Shown here piece after piece: positions 12,003 through 24,244 of a DNA stretch of 64,000 nucleotides (position 1 is the first letter of the stretch; every line of letters begins with the position of its first letter). The notes under the pieces are model-generated. The model had not been told where the DNA came from. It did not search any database and saw nothing but the letters and a program-made list of their open reading frames with translations. A program made the translations under genes and the position numbers. This stretch comes from Selaginella moellendorffii (Eukaryota; Plantae; Lycopodiophyta): NCBI RefSeq assembly GCF_000143415.4, contig NW_003314414.1:215626-279625 (forward strand), in the 5' to 3' direction.

Positions 12003-15000
12003 GATGGCATGTATTTATTTAAAAATGTAACTTATTATGGCATGGGGTTCCATGCCATTGTATTTATATTAAAAGACAATTCTTTGAGAGGATTTGCATT
12101 ATACTAGAAGTGTTACAGCATGTTATTGGAAGTCTACGAAGTTGTTTTATTAATAAGGGGAAAGTAAAGATTGAATGGGGACTTGGGCTCCACCTAGACT
12201 CGGAGCAACTGAGCCAATATTAAAAGGATGGAAAGAAATTGGACGACGATGACAAGGAGAAGAGAGAGGTGAAGCAGTGAGAAGTGATTGAGTAGACATT
12301 TCCTTGTTTAAAATAAAATGGCATGTGCCTCAATGCAGTTGAATTTTGTTATATTTATATACTATATAAAGGTTTGGAAACCTTATTTTACAAGTGGGAT
12401 AATGACAATTCCCACTTTAACGAAATAGAGCTTTGTACCTCTCCATTGAGATTGGGGAAGGGGAGTCCGCCATAGGAATCTGAGTCAGGAGGTGGTGACC
12501 GTGAGGCATTACCTATCATTTTTTCATTGCCCTTCTTCCTTTTCGAATCAAATGCCTCTGATCCCGACGACTGTCCAACGTGCTTTCGCTTTTTATGTTA
12601 GTTTGAGCTTGGCTGGTGCTTGCCTGTTTTGCCTTTGAAGAAGTGTCTCCTGCAAGGAATGGCATGAGACCACACGCCATTGCAAATATAATTTGTACCT
12701 CCTTTTTTCCTATTGCTTGTCTGTTTGTCCTTCTTCGACGTGCCACCAGTGCGCTTTTCAGTCCTCGTATCTGAATATTCACAACGATCTATAATCAAAA
12801 TGACGTGAGGCCTCACGTGACCTTACCTTGTGCAGGTTGTGAGCTCGGCCCAACATGGGTATCTTCAACAGTAGCTGTTAACGCCGTTTCAGCATCTGGG
12901 GGTGGCCACGCTCCTGCATACAGAGCTTGTGAGATAACATTTAAACTTAAAGTGCGTACTCACCAGGTTCACAGAGAAGATACTGTTTTTCTTTGGCAAC
13001 TGTAATTATATGCTTCATTGAAGTCACCTCTTCAATGGAGTTTGTCACCGCAACACACGGGACACCCTTGAGTAGTGCGGCTCGAAAGAATAGTTCGCCG
13101 CAGTTGTATTCGACAACGCATTTGCCCTTGGAGTCGGAAGCAGGTGCTATTGCGTTGAAGACCCAGCTGAGCATTTCCCATGCTGCACCTAGAGCTTTCT
13201 CTAGATTCGAAAGCTCCATAGCCATCTTCAGTTCCTCAGGCACGGGTAAATTGACCTCCCTCAGATCAATTCGATCGGCCTTGTCGAACGAAGTTGGGAA
13301 GTCACTCCAGTCCCACTCTGCTGCAAGACCAATAACAAGGGCGAGTGTAAAGATGCGGACATTTGTCGGTATCTTCTTCTAAGCCATTATCCCATGGATC
13401 TCCTGCATCTCCTTGCCTTTCAACCGAGCCTTCACCTCGTTCAAGGCCTTCCAGAACTTGTGATAAAATTCGGAGTCGTAGATCATATAGTGGACTGAAG
13501 ATTCCACCTCCGCAAGTCCCACCATTAAGTCAATGATGGAGCTGACTTCGTCTGCATAAGTGATCTCCTCGTTTGTGAAGTCCATCACACAAAAGATGTT
13601 CTTGACCTGCTCATCTCCGTGGGAAACGATGCTCCTCCACCTTTGATCCTCATCTGAATTCACGTATACCCGGTAAGGTTCTCGATAGGCCTCTGCTGCG
13701 GGGTCGAGCTATTTCTAAAGCCGGCGGTTGACATCCCTCTTAATGAAATTTGGATATTGATCCAACTTCTCAACTTTACTTTTCGTGGCATCCCGCAGCA
13801 GATCGATGAACTTGGGGGCCCCCTTCACGTAGTCGTCGATGTCTTCATTTGACAAGTCCAGCTCTTCCATCATCTCTTGCGTGGTGTCGATGCTCACCCT
13901 CTCCACGGCCACTTGCTCGAAGATCCAATCCTTCAATAGCGCACGAGCTCTCAGAGTCGTGCACAAGTCCTCGTATGTCACAATATGGCCGGGAGTCATT
14001 TTGGTCTTGTTGAAGACTACCTCACCACGTAGAAGAGCATTAGCCACTGTCAGAAGGTCGTCGTCGTCTAGAGACCGCGAGAAACGCAAGGCGTTGAGCT
14101 TCAAATCATTGGGCTTCCGGCCGTCCTCCACACCCATTGAGTTTAGCAACTCCCCGTCATGGTACCTCCTCAGCACATCTACCCATTTGTCAAAAACAAC
14201 TTTTGTCGCGAGTAGAATGTTATGGATGCTGAGTGTGTCATTGACCCCCAGTGTTTTCGAGAGAAGACTCGAGAATTCCTGCAATGGAAATGGCGTGAGG
14301 CCACATGCTATGCCACATGCAACGAGGATTACCTGCCAGGCGCTAGTTGCTAGTGCACGTCCTTGTCCTGGTTTTTGTGGCTTCTTCAGTTGAACCCAGA
14401 GCTTCCGTGTTCGTGCCAATGTCTCGTGCAGACCCGATTTGTAACACGTTTCTTGCTTGACATTCTGCGCGTGGGAGATGTATATGATAGATCGGAGGGG
14501 CGAGTTGCCTTTTATCAGGCGGACAACTCTTGTCTTGAAGACTTTCTTCACCTCCTCGCCCACCATAATATCCACAACTATTTGTTGCATCGCCAAGCTA
14601 GAATGCTGCCCGGAGACGGCATAGAACCGGATGTTCTGATCGTCCAACACCTTCCTATTGATCAAGTCTGGAAACCTCGTCTCGCCCTTCATTGTTCGGT
14701 AGTAGGGGATCACGTCTGCGATGTCGGGTGTTACTGGACTTGCCAGCATCTTCTGCTTCAGTTTCTCCACCCACTCATCAGATACTAGCCTATGGTTGTA
14801 TTTGCTTTGGATGTCGATACGGCTCACGTCGATTGTATATACTTTGTTGGAATAATAACAAGTACTATTATCTGCGACGATTTTTGCTGCCTCTTCTTGC
14901 TCTTTCTGCTCTTTGCGGCTCTTCTTTTTGGTGGGTGTAGTGTTCGAACCCGAAGCAATGGCATCACCGAGTAGCTTCTTTTTTGGAGCAAGAAAGTCGG

Positions 15001-15759
15001 ACGTCGGCTTGAGCTTGACCACCCTTTTCTGCTTCAGGGTAGTTTCCATATCGACCCCCTTCCCCTTCGCTTTGCGAATTGGAGGCACTCTCAACGGCTC
15101 AATGTTGGAATATAGTTTTTGAACATCGCCGTAGGTGAGGTCTGTGGATTCCATGTGATCTTCATAGACCTGCAGCGTTTTTGAAATTGTGGGCCTCGTG
15201 GACAACCTCTCCCTAGCTCCCTCTAGGAATTCCTCATAGCCGCTGCCCCCCTCCAGGAAGCTGCTAGGATGTGCAAGGTGGATCTTGAAGGCGGACGCTG
15301 TCTCTACCACAAGTGCCAGTCCATATTCTTGCATGGAACTGCATGGAGTGTCTGTCACTTGGATGAGGATCCCCATGCATTCTTTTCTCCCACCATCTGT
15401 GTTGTACAGCCTCAGATCCTCGCCTTCCATCCCGAAAGTCCAACTGGTGAGCTCCTCCCCCTTCTCTGCATCCACATTGACAGTGGCTGGAAGAAAAACG
15501 CAATTCCTCGCCTGTTCAGAAATGCACAACAATTAGAGCTGACAGATGAAAAGCTAGCAGCTGGAAATAACATGAGGCCACACGCCATTCACCACTGCAT
15601 CAGATGTCTTGAGGCTGCATCCTAAGATGGCATGAGGCTACACACCATCTGTAACCGGACTGCACTCGAGAGCCCAATCGGTGCATGCCAATGTTGCTAC
15701 TGAATGGCATGTGGCCTCATGCCATTTTCTACTTGGCCTAAAAGACTTACCATTTGAAG

Positions 15760-18660
15760 CCGAATGGAGGCGTGACAATCGAGGCCGGACTCGCTGGCGA
15801 ATGTGCACTGTGTGTGCAGCGGATCGTAGCAACAAGGCTACTCTGCCACTTAACAGTTGGAGAGTGGCGCTGAAATCTCCCGGGACGCCAAGTGGGCTGC
15901 GTGTGGGTGGCGGAGTGGGCGGCGGAGTTGGCGGCGAAGTTACAAACTGGGTGTGTCTTGAAGTGGACGCCGATGCACACGAGCGCGATGCGAGCACGAG
16001 TGTGATGCAAGCGCGAGTGGACGCCGATGCACACGAGAAACCTGTAGAGAAGGTAGATGAGCGCGAATGTGAGCGTGATCGCAAGTGTGATGCGAGCGCG
16101 AGCGTGAGCGCGAGTGTGCGAGCGTGAGTACGAAGCAAAATGCAAAACCTAACCTCACACGCGCGAAATGTCACAACGGTTGGTAATCCCGCCACGTCAT
16201 CATTCCTCGGACTTGGGCGCCACCATTAATTTCTGGATTGCCGCGCGCATGCAAGCACGCAAAATCCAAAAGAAATCCGCAACGTCATCATTCCTCGGAC
16301 TGCATGCACGCGAAATCCAAAAGAAAGATTGATCATGATTGGGATATCATTTAATACCCTCGCTATATTTATACCATGCATGATTGGATATTCCAAAGCA
16401 TCTTGTATTTCCAAAAATGGCAGATGTTCAACTAAATAAAGAAATTCTATCTGTTTCTATTTTTCTCTCAAATTAATATTATAGCGTGTGGGCTCATGCA
16501 ATTTTGAACCAAAGAAACCCAAAAAACGTTGGACCCAAAATATTTTGAAAAAACCCAAAAAACCCTAAACATTTTAAACCCAAAAATCCAGGCGTCCTGT
16601 GGCGTTATTCCTTGAATGGCGTGTGGGCGCATGCCATTTTCAGGGCCAAATGCTGAATGGAGAAAAATTCCCTTTCAGTACAAATGCTGCAAGAGGCAGA
16701 TGCCGAGCACAAAGGATTGTAACTACCTCACATGACACAGATAAACTTTTCTTTATTTGGCAAAGATAAACTTTATAGCGTGTGGGCTCATGCAATTTTG
16801 AACCCAAAAAATGCACCAAAAGATTCTCGGCGTCATCTGGCGTTATCTCTTGAATGGCGTGGGGCCGCATGCCATTTTCAGGGTCACATAGGAGTATATT
16901 CCTAGGAGATTCTGACACGCACGAGATTTTTTTGAGTTTTCTGGAGATCTAACTGTTAGATCGCAACTAGATTTTACAGAATGGTATACAATGTCTTTCT
17001 TGATGACCCTACAAAGAAGCATCTCGATCGGACACCACATGAGACCACACGAGCCTTACAATGTTTCAAAGGCATTTGCCATAGATCCGACCGTTATTTT
17101 GCTCCAAGATTTTACAGTTTGATGTGCATTGACCTTTCCATCGACACTGCAAAGGGACATCACAATCAGATGCGAGATCACAAGAAACTAACTTCACTAA
17201 CTCTGGTTTCACCAAGATCTACGTAAGGAGTTATGAAATGAAAGGACCCTCTCTATTGAAATGTGTTTATGGTTCTAGGGGCATTGTGACATATCAAAGG
17301 ATTTTGCATCAAGTTCTGTATTTGCATGTTTATCAAGCTACTGAATTGCTAAACCCTAAACCCTAAACATGTGGCAAATGCTGCGTGAAGAAAGATGCTC
17401 TTTCTGGGCAAATGCTGTAAGAGGCAGATGCCGAGCAGATGTATCTCACGCTAGCGAAGGGGACAAACGAAAGCTAGCTATAAAAATGACGGGATGCAAA
17501 TAGATTACTAGGCTGGTCCTGCGAAAATCAAAAACCATAATTGAAAACATTGAAAATGCAAAAAGAAAGGTTTATAATATTTTTGAATTTTAAGCAACCA
17601 AAGGAATGTAAGTAGGGCATGTGTTTGTAAGTTTAAAAATGCCTCAACCACTTAAATTCCCAAGTAAATAAAGCTGTTTCTATTTTTGGTACAGGTAAAC
17701 TTTATAGCGTGTGGGCTCATGCAATTTTGAACCCAAAAATGCACCAAAAAATGCTCGACTAGCATTATTCTTTGAATGGCGTGTGGCCTTATATTGCCAT
17801 AAATGGACGTACACACACAGCATAATTATTCCTTTACACGGCGAATAATCTTGGCGCGGATCGCTGACATGGCATGGCAAAGTTCGAATCACTGACATGG
17901 CACAGCTGGATTGAGGCAAGGACATGATGTGACAAAGTTCAACCTCCGACAGCAAAGTCTAGAAGCTACTCAGTTTGAAATTTGTCAGAGGAATCATAAG
18001 ATCTGGTTTGTCAGAGGATTTGATGTGACGTTCAAGCGTGTGTTATTTTTGAATTCTCGAACTCATTCCTAGGTCTATCATTTTTGTGCGCCGTGTTCTT
18101 GGTTCCGCTGAGCGCAGTGAGCGCTGCTTGTGTAAGCGGCGTTGTGGGCTGTGGTTTATGCGTCTACGAGCGGTTGCGGCATTGCGAGCGCCATTGCGAG
18201 CGGCAGTTTATGCGAGTGGCAGTTTGTGCGAGCGGCGCTACGAGCAGTTGCGGTGTTGCGAGCGGCGCTACGAGTAGTTGCGGTGTTGCGAGCGGCACTG
18301 TCTTTGGTGTGGCTACCGCTTCCTCTTGATATTCGGCACTTGTGCTTCCTGGTATGTTCACCATGTAATGGCTTAGGACCACATTTAGAAATGGCATGAG
18401 GCCACATGCCATCTTGGGCCCTTGCAATTTCATGGCTAGCGTATTGTCATATATGTTTTTACTTGCCTGCAGCTGTGTGTATATCAAGATGGCATGAGGC
18501 CTCATGCCAATTTTGTGAATGCGAAATTTCACGTGGGTGTCAATAGCATGTTTGAATAATGGCATGTGGCCTCATGCTATTGAGGTTGTTTGGTATGTTA
18601 TGATTTAGGCCATTCTCCAATCATTTTTTGTATGGTCTTAACTTCTTTTCTGCACTTTCA
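15760..18660. promoter_or_regulatory. Bidirectional control region of the Sola-like element
   Basis: Lies between the divergent cargo and transposase genes. Contains CpG-rich GCGAGC-type repeats (15960-16130, 18160-18300), three direct repeats (16481, 16775, 17704), a telo-box AAACCCTAAACCCTAA near 17350, and a probable 5'UTR intron 18352-18661. Confidence 0.55.
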
Positions 18661-18662
18661 GA

Positions 18663-21600
18663 ATGGCCTTCAGGGTTGGGGAAAAGGTTTACATTTTGAA
18701 TGGTGGGAAGAGAGTTGCAAAAGGGACCCTTGTGTCTATGGATCGGAACTTTGTTATACACTGTCAAAGGTTTAGGGAAGGCAATGCTGCTGTATCAGTA
18801 GAGACTGTCTTCGATGGGAATGTGGTCGCTATTGAACAAGGAGAGATGGTCGTCGGGGTAAATGTTGTTGTTGCCTTGAAAAATCTTCAGAAGAAAGCAA
18901 ATGTTGGAAACAGCGCAAGTGCGACGCATGTTCCCTCCGTGGATCTTAAGAACCGTGCTATATGGATTCAGGCGAAGGTGTTTCTAAACAACCCCGAGGG
19001 GGAGGTGGTAGCTGAGGGCTTAGCCACAGTTGTCGATCCAAGAGATGCGGTTGCTAATCAAGAATTGGGTTGGGATGATATTGGAGTTGCAATTTTAGAG
19101 GTTGTTGACACAGAAGAAAACAGTCTGACTATTGGAAGCATTGTGCGGTGGAAATTGAGGCACTTAGTGTTTGAGAATGTGAAGGATTCACAATCAAACA
19201 CCACTACAACTGATGACAAAACATCTCTTCATGGGAAAAGAAAGTACACCTTCCTAAAGCGCAGCCAAAGGGATCTGAGCAACGAACCGAAAAGGCAGAA
19301 AATGGCGATGGAGGTTCGAATGGTCTCGACAGTTGCTTGTTGCAAGAGGAGGTGCTGTCAACATGCTGATTGGGATGCTATTGAAGAGGAGAGAGCAAGA
19401 TACAAGACATTGTCCTGGAAGGCAGCTCGCAATTTTGTGTATGAGGCATTACGGTCATCTGTTGATGCTTCAGAACATCAGGTGGGGGGCATGGTCTTCC
19501 AAAGGGGTTTGGTCTGCATGAAGGCATGGAGAATCATTTATGGAGTCCCTCGAACCACATTCTACAGAATCAAAACTGAGTTCGAGGAACAAAGGGTTCA
19601 ACAGGCAGTCCATGGGAACGACGGTACGCACAAAACTAGGGGTCATGTTGTATATGGAGAGGCAATCTTCAAGAGGTTTGTCGAGACATGTAGCGAGTAG
19701 CAACCACATAAAACCCGCCTCTTGGAAGATGGAACACGAGACACCCAACGAGTTCTCCCTTCCATGTATACCAAGGGGGCCATATTGGAAGATGTGAATC
19801 GGGAACTCCAGAGTAATGGCTACAGGAAGCTGAGCCAATCTAGATTTAGTAGATTGTGGAGCAACAGGTTCAGGGATGTGAGTATAGGAAAGTACTCCAG
19901 CTTTTCAAAGTGTGACGAGTGCACTGCTATCAAAATGGCTTTGTCGAAGAATTCTTGCAGCGCTCAAGAGCAAGAGACGTTGGTTAGAAGGCGGCTCGAC
20001 CACAACATCGAGCAGAGAAGCTGCAGGACTGCATATTATCATAACAGGATTCTCTCCATGGAGAGACCTGACTCTTACCTCTGCATCATCCACGACAAAA
20101 TGGACCAGAAAAAGACGTGCTTACCTCGACTCAATCCTGCCCCCAAGGCAATCTCTTCATCCATGCAGCTGCCTGTGTCTCTGTTTGGCATAATCGCTCA
20201 TGGGCATGGTGCCCAGAACTATGGGAACTTCTTTGTACCTCTATGGGGTGGCGGGGGTGCAAACATGATGATTGCGTCCCTAGCAAAACACTTAAGGTCT
20301 CTGCAAAGTGCGCAGACTGAGCTGAACGGCCAACCCTTGCATAAGGCCCTTGTCGATTGAACCCCATACAGGGTTTAGCTGGAGGAGGAGCAAAGGCTTG
20401 CAGTATCGCGTGGGCCCCCATGCCATCCCAGTGAATATGTTGGCCGTCAGATTGTAGGGTTATCACGTGAGGCCTCATGCCATTCCGACGAGGCTGGTCG
20501 CCCGGTGAATGCATAGCCTCATCCAAACGAAGCAGAATCTCAAGGAAGTTCTTGCGGCCGATGTGGCCTTCCACCCCATCTTCTGCTCCAAACAGACAAT
20601 GCTGGCAGTGAGAACAAAAACATGTACGTCTTCGCATACTTGGCGATGCTTGTTGCCAAAGGCATATTTGAAACGGTTACACTTGGCTTTCTCATGGTTG
20701 GGCACACTCATGAAGACATCGATGCCATGTTCAGTCACCTGGCAGAGTCCCTCTGGCGATCCAATGTCCTCACCCTCCCACAACTCTACGATGAATTCCA
20801 AAATTGCATCAAAGGCACTGTTGAAGCTGCACTTCTGACAGAGGTTCCAGACTTTAAGGGGTTTGTAAGAGGCTACATCAGGGACGGATCCGAAACGCTA
20901 ATTGGCCACTCCAAGCCTCTTCAGTTTCATTTCAGCATGTGTGACGGTGCTCCAGTGATGAGGTACAAGATGAGAGAATGGGACACAGTGTGGCTGCCAG
21001 TGGACGGCATTGAACTCTTCAAGAGAGATCCCATAACTGGGGAACCTATGATTCCTCAGGGTTCCCCACGGCCGATGCACCCGGATGGACTCAAAGACCA
21101 GGAAAGTATAGTGGCCGGGATTAGACAGCATATTGCCTTCTGGAAGAGGGGGTTGGTGTTTGGTGGAGAATCTTATTTTCAGAGGTGCAAGCCTTTGCTC
21201 GAATACTGGGAGAAGATTATCTTTGCTATCCAAAATGGGCCGGTTGTATATGAAGAATTGGAAGAGTCCTTTTGGCCAAAACCCAGAGCACCAGATAGTA
21301 GCGGAACAATGTCCTCTGGAAATGCAGTGATAGATAACGATGTTGAGGATCACTATTGTGGGCCGAGGAACAAGAAGCCGGATTCAGCATTCAATCCAGT
21401 ACAGGTCTGCAAAGGAATGGTCGTGCTTGTCAGACCCAGTAATAAAAAACAAATGATATGGGTGGGGCGCTGCATCACTGATGCAGAGGAGGACGCGGAA
21501 ACTAGCTCCTTCAATGTAACTGTGGAGTGGTTCAAGCCAAGTTCCGGATATACAAAGGATTGCCTAGAAAAGAGATGGGTGCTGAATCCAAGGGATCCCA

Positions 21601-21731
21601 GCATGAGCATATCGGTGGATAATGTTGTGCATGGTTGGATGCGGAAGCAGAGTGCCACCATCACCTTGCCAGACCATGCAAGAGATGCAGCAAGAGCATT
21701 CATAACCCGGGTTCAAGGTGAGATTCATTAA
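18663..21731 (+). pseudogene. Sola-like DDD transposase (~1020 codons) with 4 premature stops
   Basis: One frame across ORFs 18663-19700, 19722-20360 and 20622-21731. Stops at 19698, 20358, 20376 and 20514. Two N-terminal VAxG beta-barrel repeats, a Cys cluster CCKRRCC, catalytic motifs, and a C-terminal IWVGRC...VEWFKP Tudor/BAH-like domain. Confidence 0.85.
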
Positions 21732-22444
21732 TATTCCTTTACTAAGTTTCTAATGTATTTTATTTCAAGGTGAACAATCTGAATCTGAATCAGAGGAGGC
21801 GTGATGGCATGTGGCCTTACGCCATTCCTAGGTGAGATGATACAAATAACAAGTATAAATTCTTAGTTGTTCTAGCAAATCTTACTTAAAGTTTAAGGTG
21901 AACAAGCCGAATATGAATTCATCGGATTGTTATAACAAATTGCAAGGTGATGGCATGAGGCGATACGCCATTTGAGAGTGGTAGCCATTCCTATATGAAG
22001 TGAGTGAAATATTTATTAGAAATACCTCATTCAATTGTGCACTTCTAAGTCTTGGTCCACTCAGTACTGTTTGCATGTTTTTATTTTAATTCTTTTTCTA
22101 AAATGTTATTTTACATGTGGCTTCATGCCATTGCTCTCCACAATCATGCATTGAATTTTTCTATCCTTGCATAATATTTCTCCATATATATAGCATGTGC
22201 GCACATGTGATATGGTTCATTAGGCCTGATATAGTGTGTGAGGTAAAACAAAGATGATGTGACATATGCATTTACCAATCACACGTGCATAAATCTAATA
22301 ATATGGCGTGTGGCCCATATTAATGGCACATAAACCCATATTGTGGGCTTACGTGCTTTATGTATCATCATTCCCTTGCAGCATGTGTGTTGGTTTCCTT
22401 TTATAACACAACGAACTCCATATTTTAGGGTGAAGAGTGTTCTC

Positions 22445-22702
22445 ATGGCAAGCACAAAATCTGTAAGTGAGGCAAAAAAGGAGACGGAGAAGGAGATAGG
22501 TGAAGATGTAAAATATATAACTCTTCCAAACTCCCCGTACTATACTCCAGGTGATCATTTTTCTGAACAAATGGCAACATTAACAACTATCGAGAACGCC
22601 CCAGTAACGTCAGAGACAACAATCCAAAGCAAAACAACTGACCCGGAGAAGGATGATAGTACTGCTGAGAGTACCAAAAAGGAGGTGTCCACTAGTGCTT
22701 AG
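22445..22702 (+). CDS. Small SPYYTPG ORF (85 aa), unknown function
   Basis: Open in both family copies. The motif YITLPNSPYYTPG...NAPVTSETTIQSK is shared with the MULE ORF at 34851-35096. Confidence 0.55.
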   Translation: MASTKSVSEAKKETEKEIGEDVKYITLPNSPYYTPGDHFSEQMATLTTIENAPVTSETTIQSKTTDPEKDDSTAESTKKEVSTSA

Positions 22703-23362
22703 GCTTATAATGGCGTGTGCCCTCATGCCATTTACTTGATCACCAAATACCTTTTTCCCTTTGCACTAGTATATCTTAATACCGGTTTGAGAAATAGAAT
22801 GGCATGTGCCCTCAGGCCTTTTACTAAATCACCTTTGAAAGAAATGCAAGCCTCTATGTCGTAAAAAAAAGGTACTAGAGAAATTCCTTAATAATATGAA
22901 TGTTATTTAGTTTCATGAAAATACACTAAGGGTCAAATGAGTTAAATGACTTCTCCAGACTAGCAATGCCTCTTGCTACACCTTCACAATTAGATTCATT
23001 AGAAAAAGATAACATTGAATAATATCTAAATGTTCTCACCATTAAGTTATATGTCTGGCTAATAGGAATGACGTTCATCTTGGAAAGCTCACCACACGCT
23101 CAATGAACAAACAAATAGTGTGTGCGCGCATGCCATCGCTCTTCTTTAGCTTCAGATTCGGCTTGTTCACCTTGACAATGAGATTTATTATACAACCAGA
23201 TGGACACAGTCTGGACATAAAGTCACCGCGCTAGTCACCATGCCCCAGATATGTCTAGGCCCTGGACAAAAAACATATAATTTCACGTCATTTTCAAATA
23301 CTTGAAAATTTGTACCTAGTCCCATTTTACTGAATAAATCCCACTTTAACGAAATAGAGCTT

Positions 23363-23598
23363 TAAGTCTCTAACATTCAGAATCTTAACGACATCTAATG
23401 ATACTTTGCGAATTGTGACTTTCCAACCTCCTCATAGTCCTTTAAGAGTTCATGAAGTTCAATAAACTTATTCACCACTTTATGTTTTTGCGTATTGTGC
23501 ATCAATAGCTCAGCCAAAGCATTCTCATCTGAGACCTTTAAATCATTATTTATATCCCACCTCTCTGCTTCATGTGAATAATTCCAAATGTGGGAGTA
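23363..23598 (-). pseudogene. Middle fragment of the TRN1-like host gene between the two DNA transposons
   Basis: Reads YSHIWNYSHEAERW...AELLM and continues the frame AVVCPLKQVKCEARERGL found at 35509-35555/36232+ (GLxYxHxW-like). Confidence 0.5.
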
Positions 23599-24244
23599 GA
23601 CGAGCGTGGACCATACTTGAGCTCACGAGCTGAAGAGTTGAGCTCACGAGTTGAGCTCAATTTTCAATTGTAATTTAGTACAAATATTATAAACTTTAAA
23701 ATTTTAAAGTTATGGCAAACTTAATAATTTCATAACTCTCTATATATTATATAGATAAAAATGTTCTAAAGGACACTTCTTGTTCTAATAATTTAAATAT
23801 TTACTACATGCAATAATAGAGACGTTTGTTAGAATATAAAATAAAATGTTTGCAAAAAGAGTATTCTTGTCACTTCTTTAAATTTGTACTCTGTGCTTTC
23901 TAGCTAGTAAATGTCAGGTTCATCAGAATTTTTAAATTATTAAATTTGAATTAAGATTCTATATAAGGCCATATAACCATTTGAAAGGAAAAAAAAAAAC
24001 TGTGATGGTACATATGCTCTCACAATACATTGTAACATCATACACCCGAAAGACTATCACGAAATATTTTTTGAGAAGGTAAAGACAAAAATGGAGACTC
24101 ACAAATACTATGGGTAGTATTGCGAAAAGAACCTTACAAGTATATGAAATGAAAAGTGAAATAATAAAATATTTTTATTAATTATATAAGGTATAATTAG
24201 TTTATATTATTGATAGAGAATAAACATCGATAGTGCTGGAAAAT

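Larger units (their letters stand above)
7280..12433 (-). mobile_element. Non-autonomous internal-deletion derivative of the same Sola-like family, inserted inverted inside the full-length copy
   Basis: Same TIRs (ATGCTC... at 7280, ...GAGCTT at 12433). TSD TGTA at 7276-7279 and 12434-12437. 7280-10403 is the reverse complement of 20237-23362, and 10402-12433 is the reverse complement of 4614-6653. Confidence 0.92.
5056..15753 (-). pseudogene. Large spliced cargo gene: ParB-like domain + degenerate methyltransferase-like fold + acidic linker + FCP1/SCP-like HAD phosphatase domain
   Basis: ATG at 15753, then GT-AG intron 15512-15750, continuing in frame as MARNCVF. ParB-like NHRLVSDEWVEKL...FYAVSGQHS (14600-14614). 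54-nt intron at 14279-14332. In-frame TAG stops near 13715, 13709, 13379 and 5728. After removing the 7280-12433 insertion the exon reads through (PNLNGEVQ/WMRDVFQ). The terminal exon has IVFDLNGVL...VWTS...IIDDSPIK. Confidence 0.7.
4614..23362 (+). mobile_element. Sola-like (DDD) DNA transposon, 13.6 kb once the nested copy is removed
   Basis: TIR AAGCTCTATTTCGTTAAAGTGGGA at 4614-4637 and inverted at 23339-23362. 4-bp TSD TAAG at 4610-4613 and 23363-23366. Encodes a transposase with HDKMDQ / LQTDNAGSENKN / FLMVGHTHEDID motifs. The superfamily call rests on these motifs and the 4-bp TSD. Confidence 0.85.

Noticed and set aside
5000-22731. 22-bp palindromes as a CRISPR array or a MITE family
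   Set aside because: Spacing is irregular, there are no cas genes, individual copies have no TSDs, and the context is eukaryotic.
4614-23362. Large inverted duplications as an assembly artefact or haplotype collapse
   Set aside because: Both elements have their own distinct 4-bp TSDs, the copies differ by SNPs and indels, and the interrupted exon rejoins in frame.
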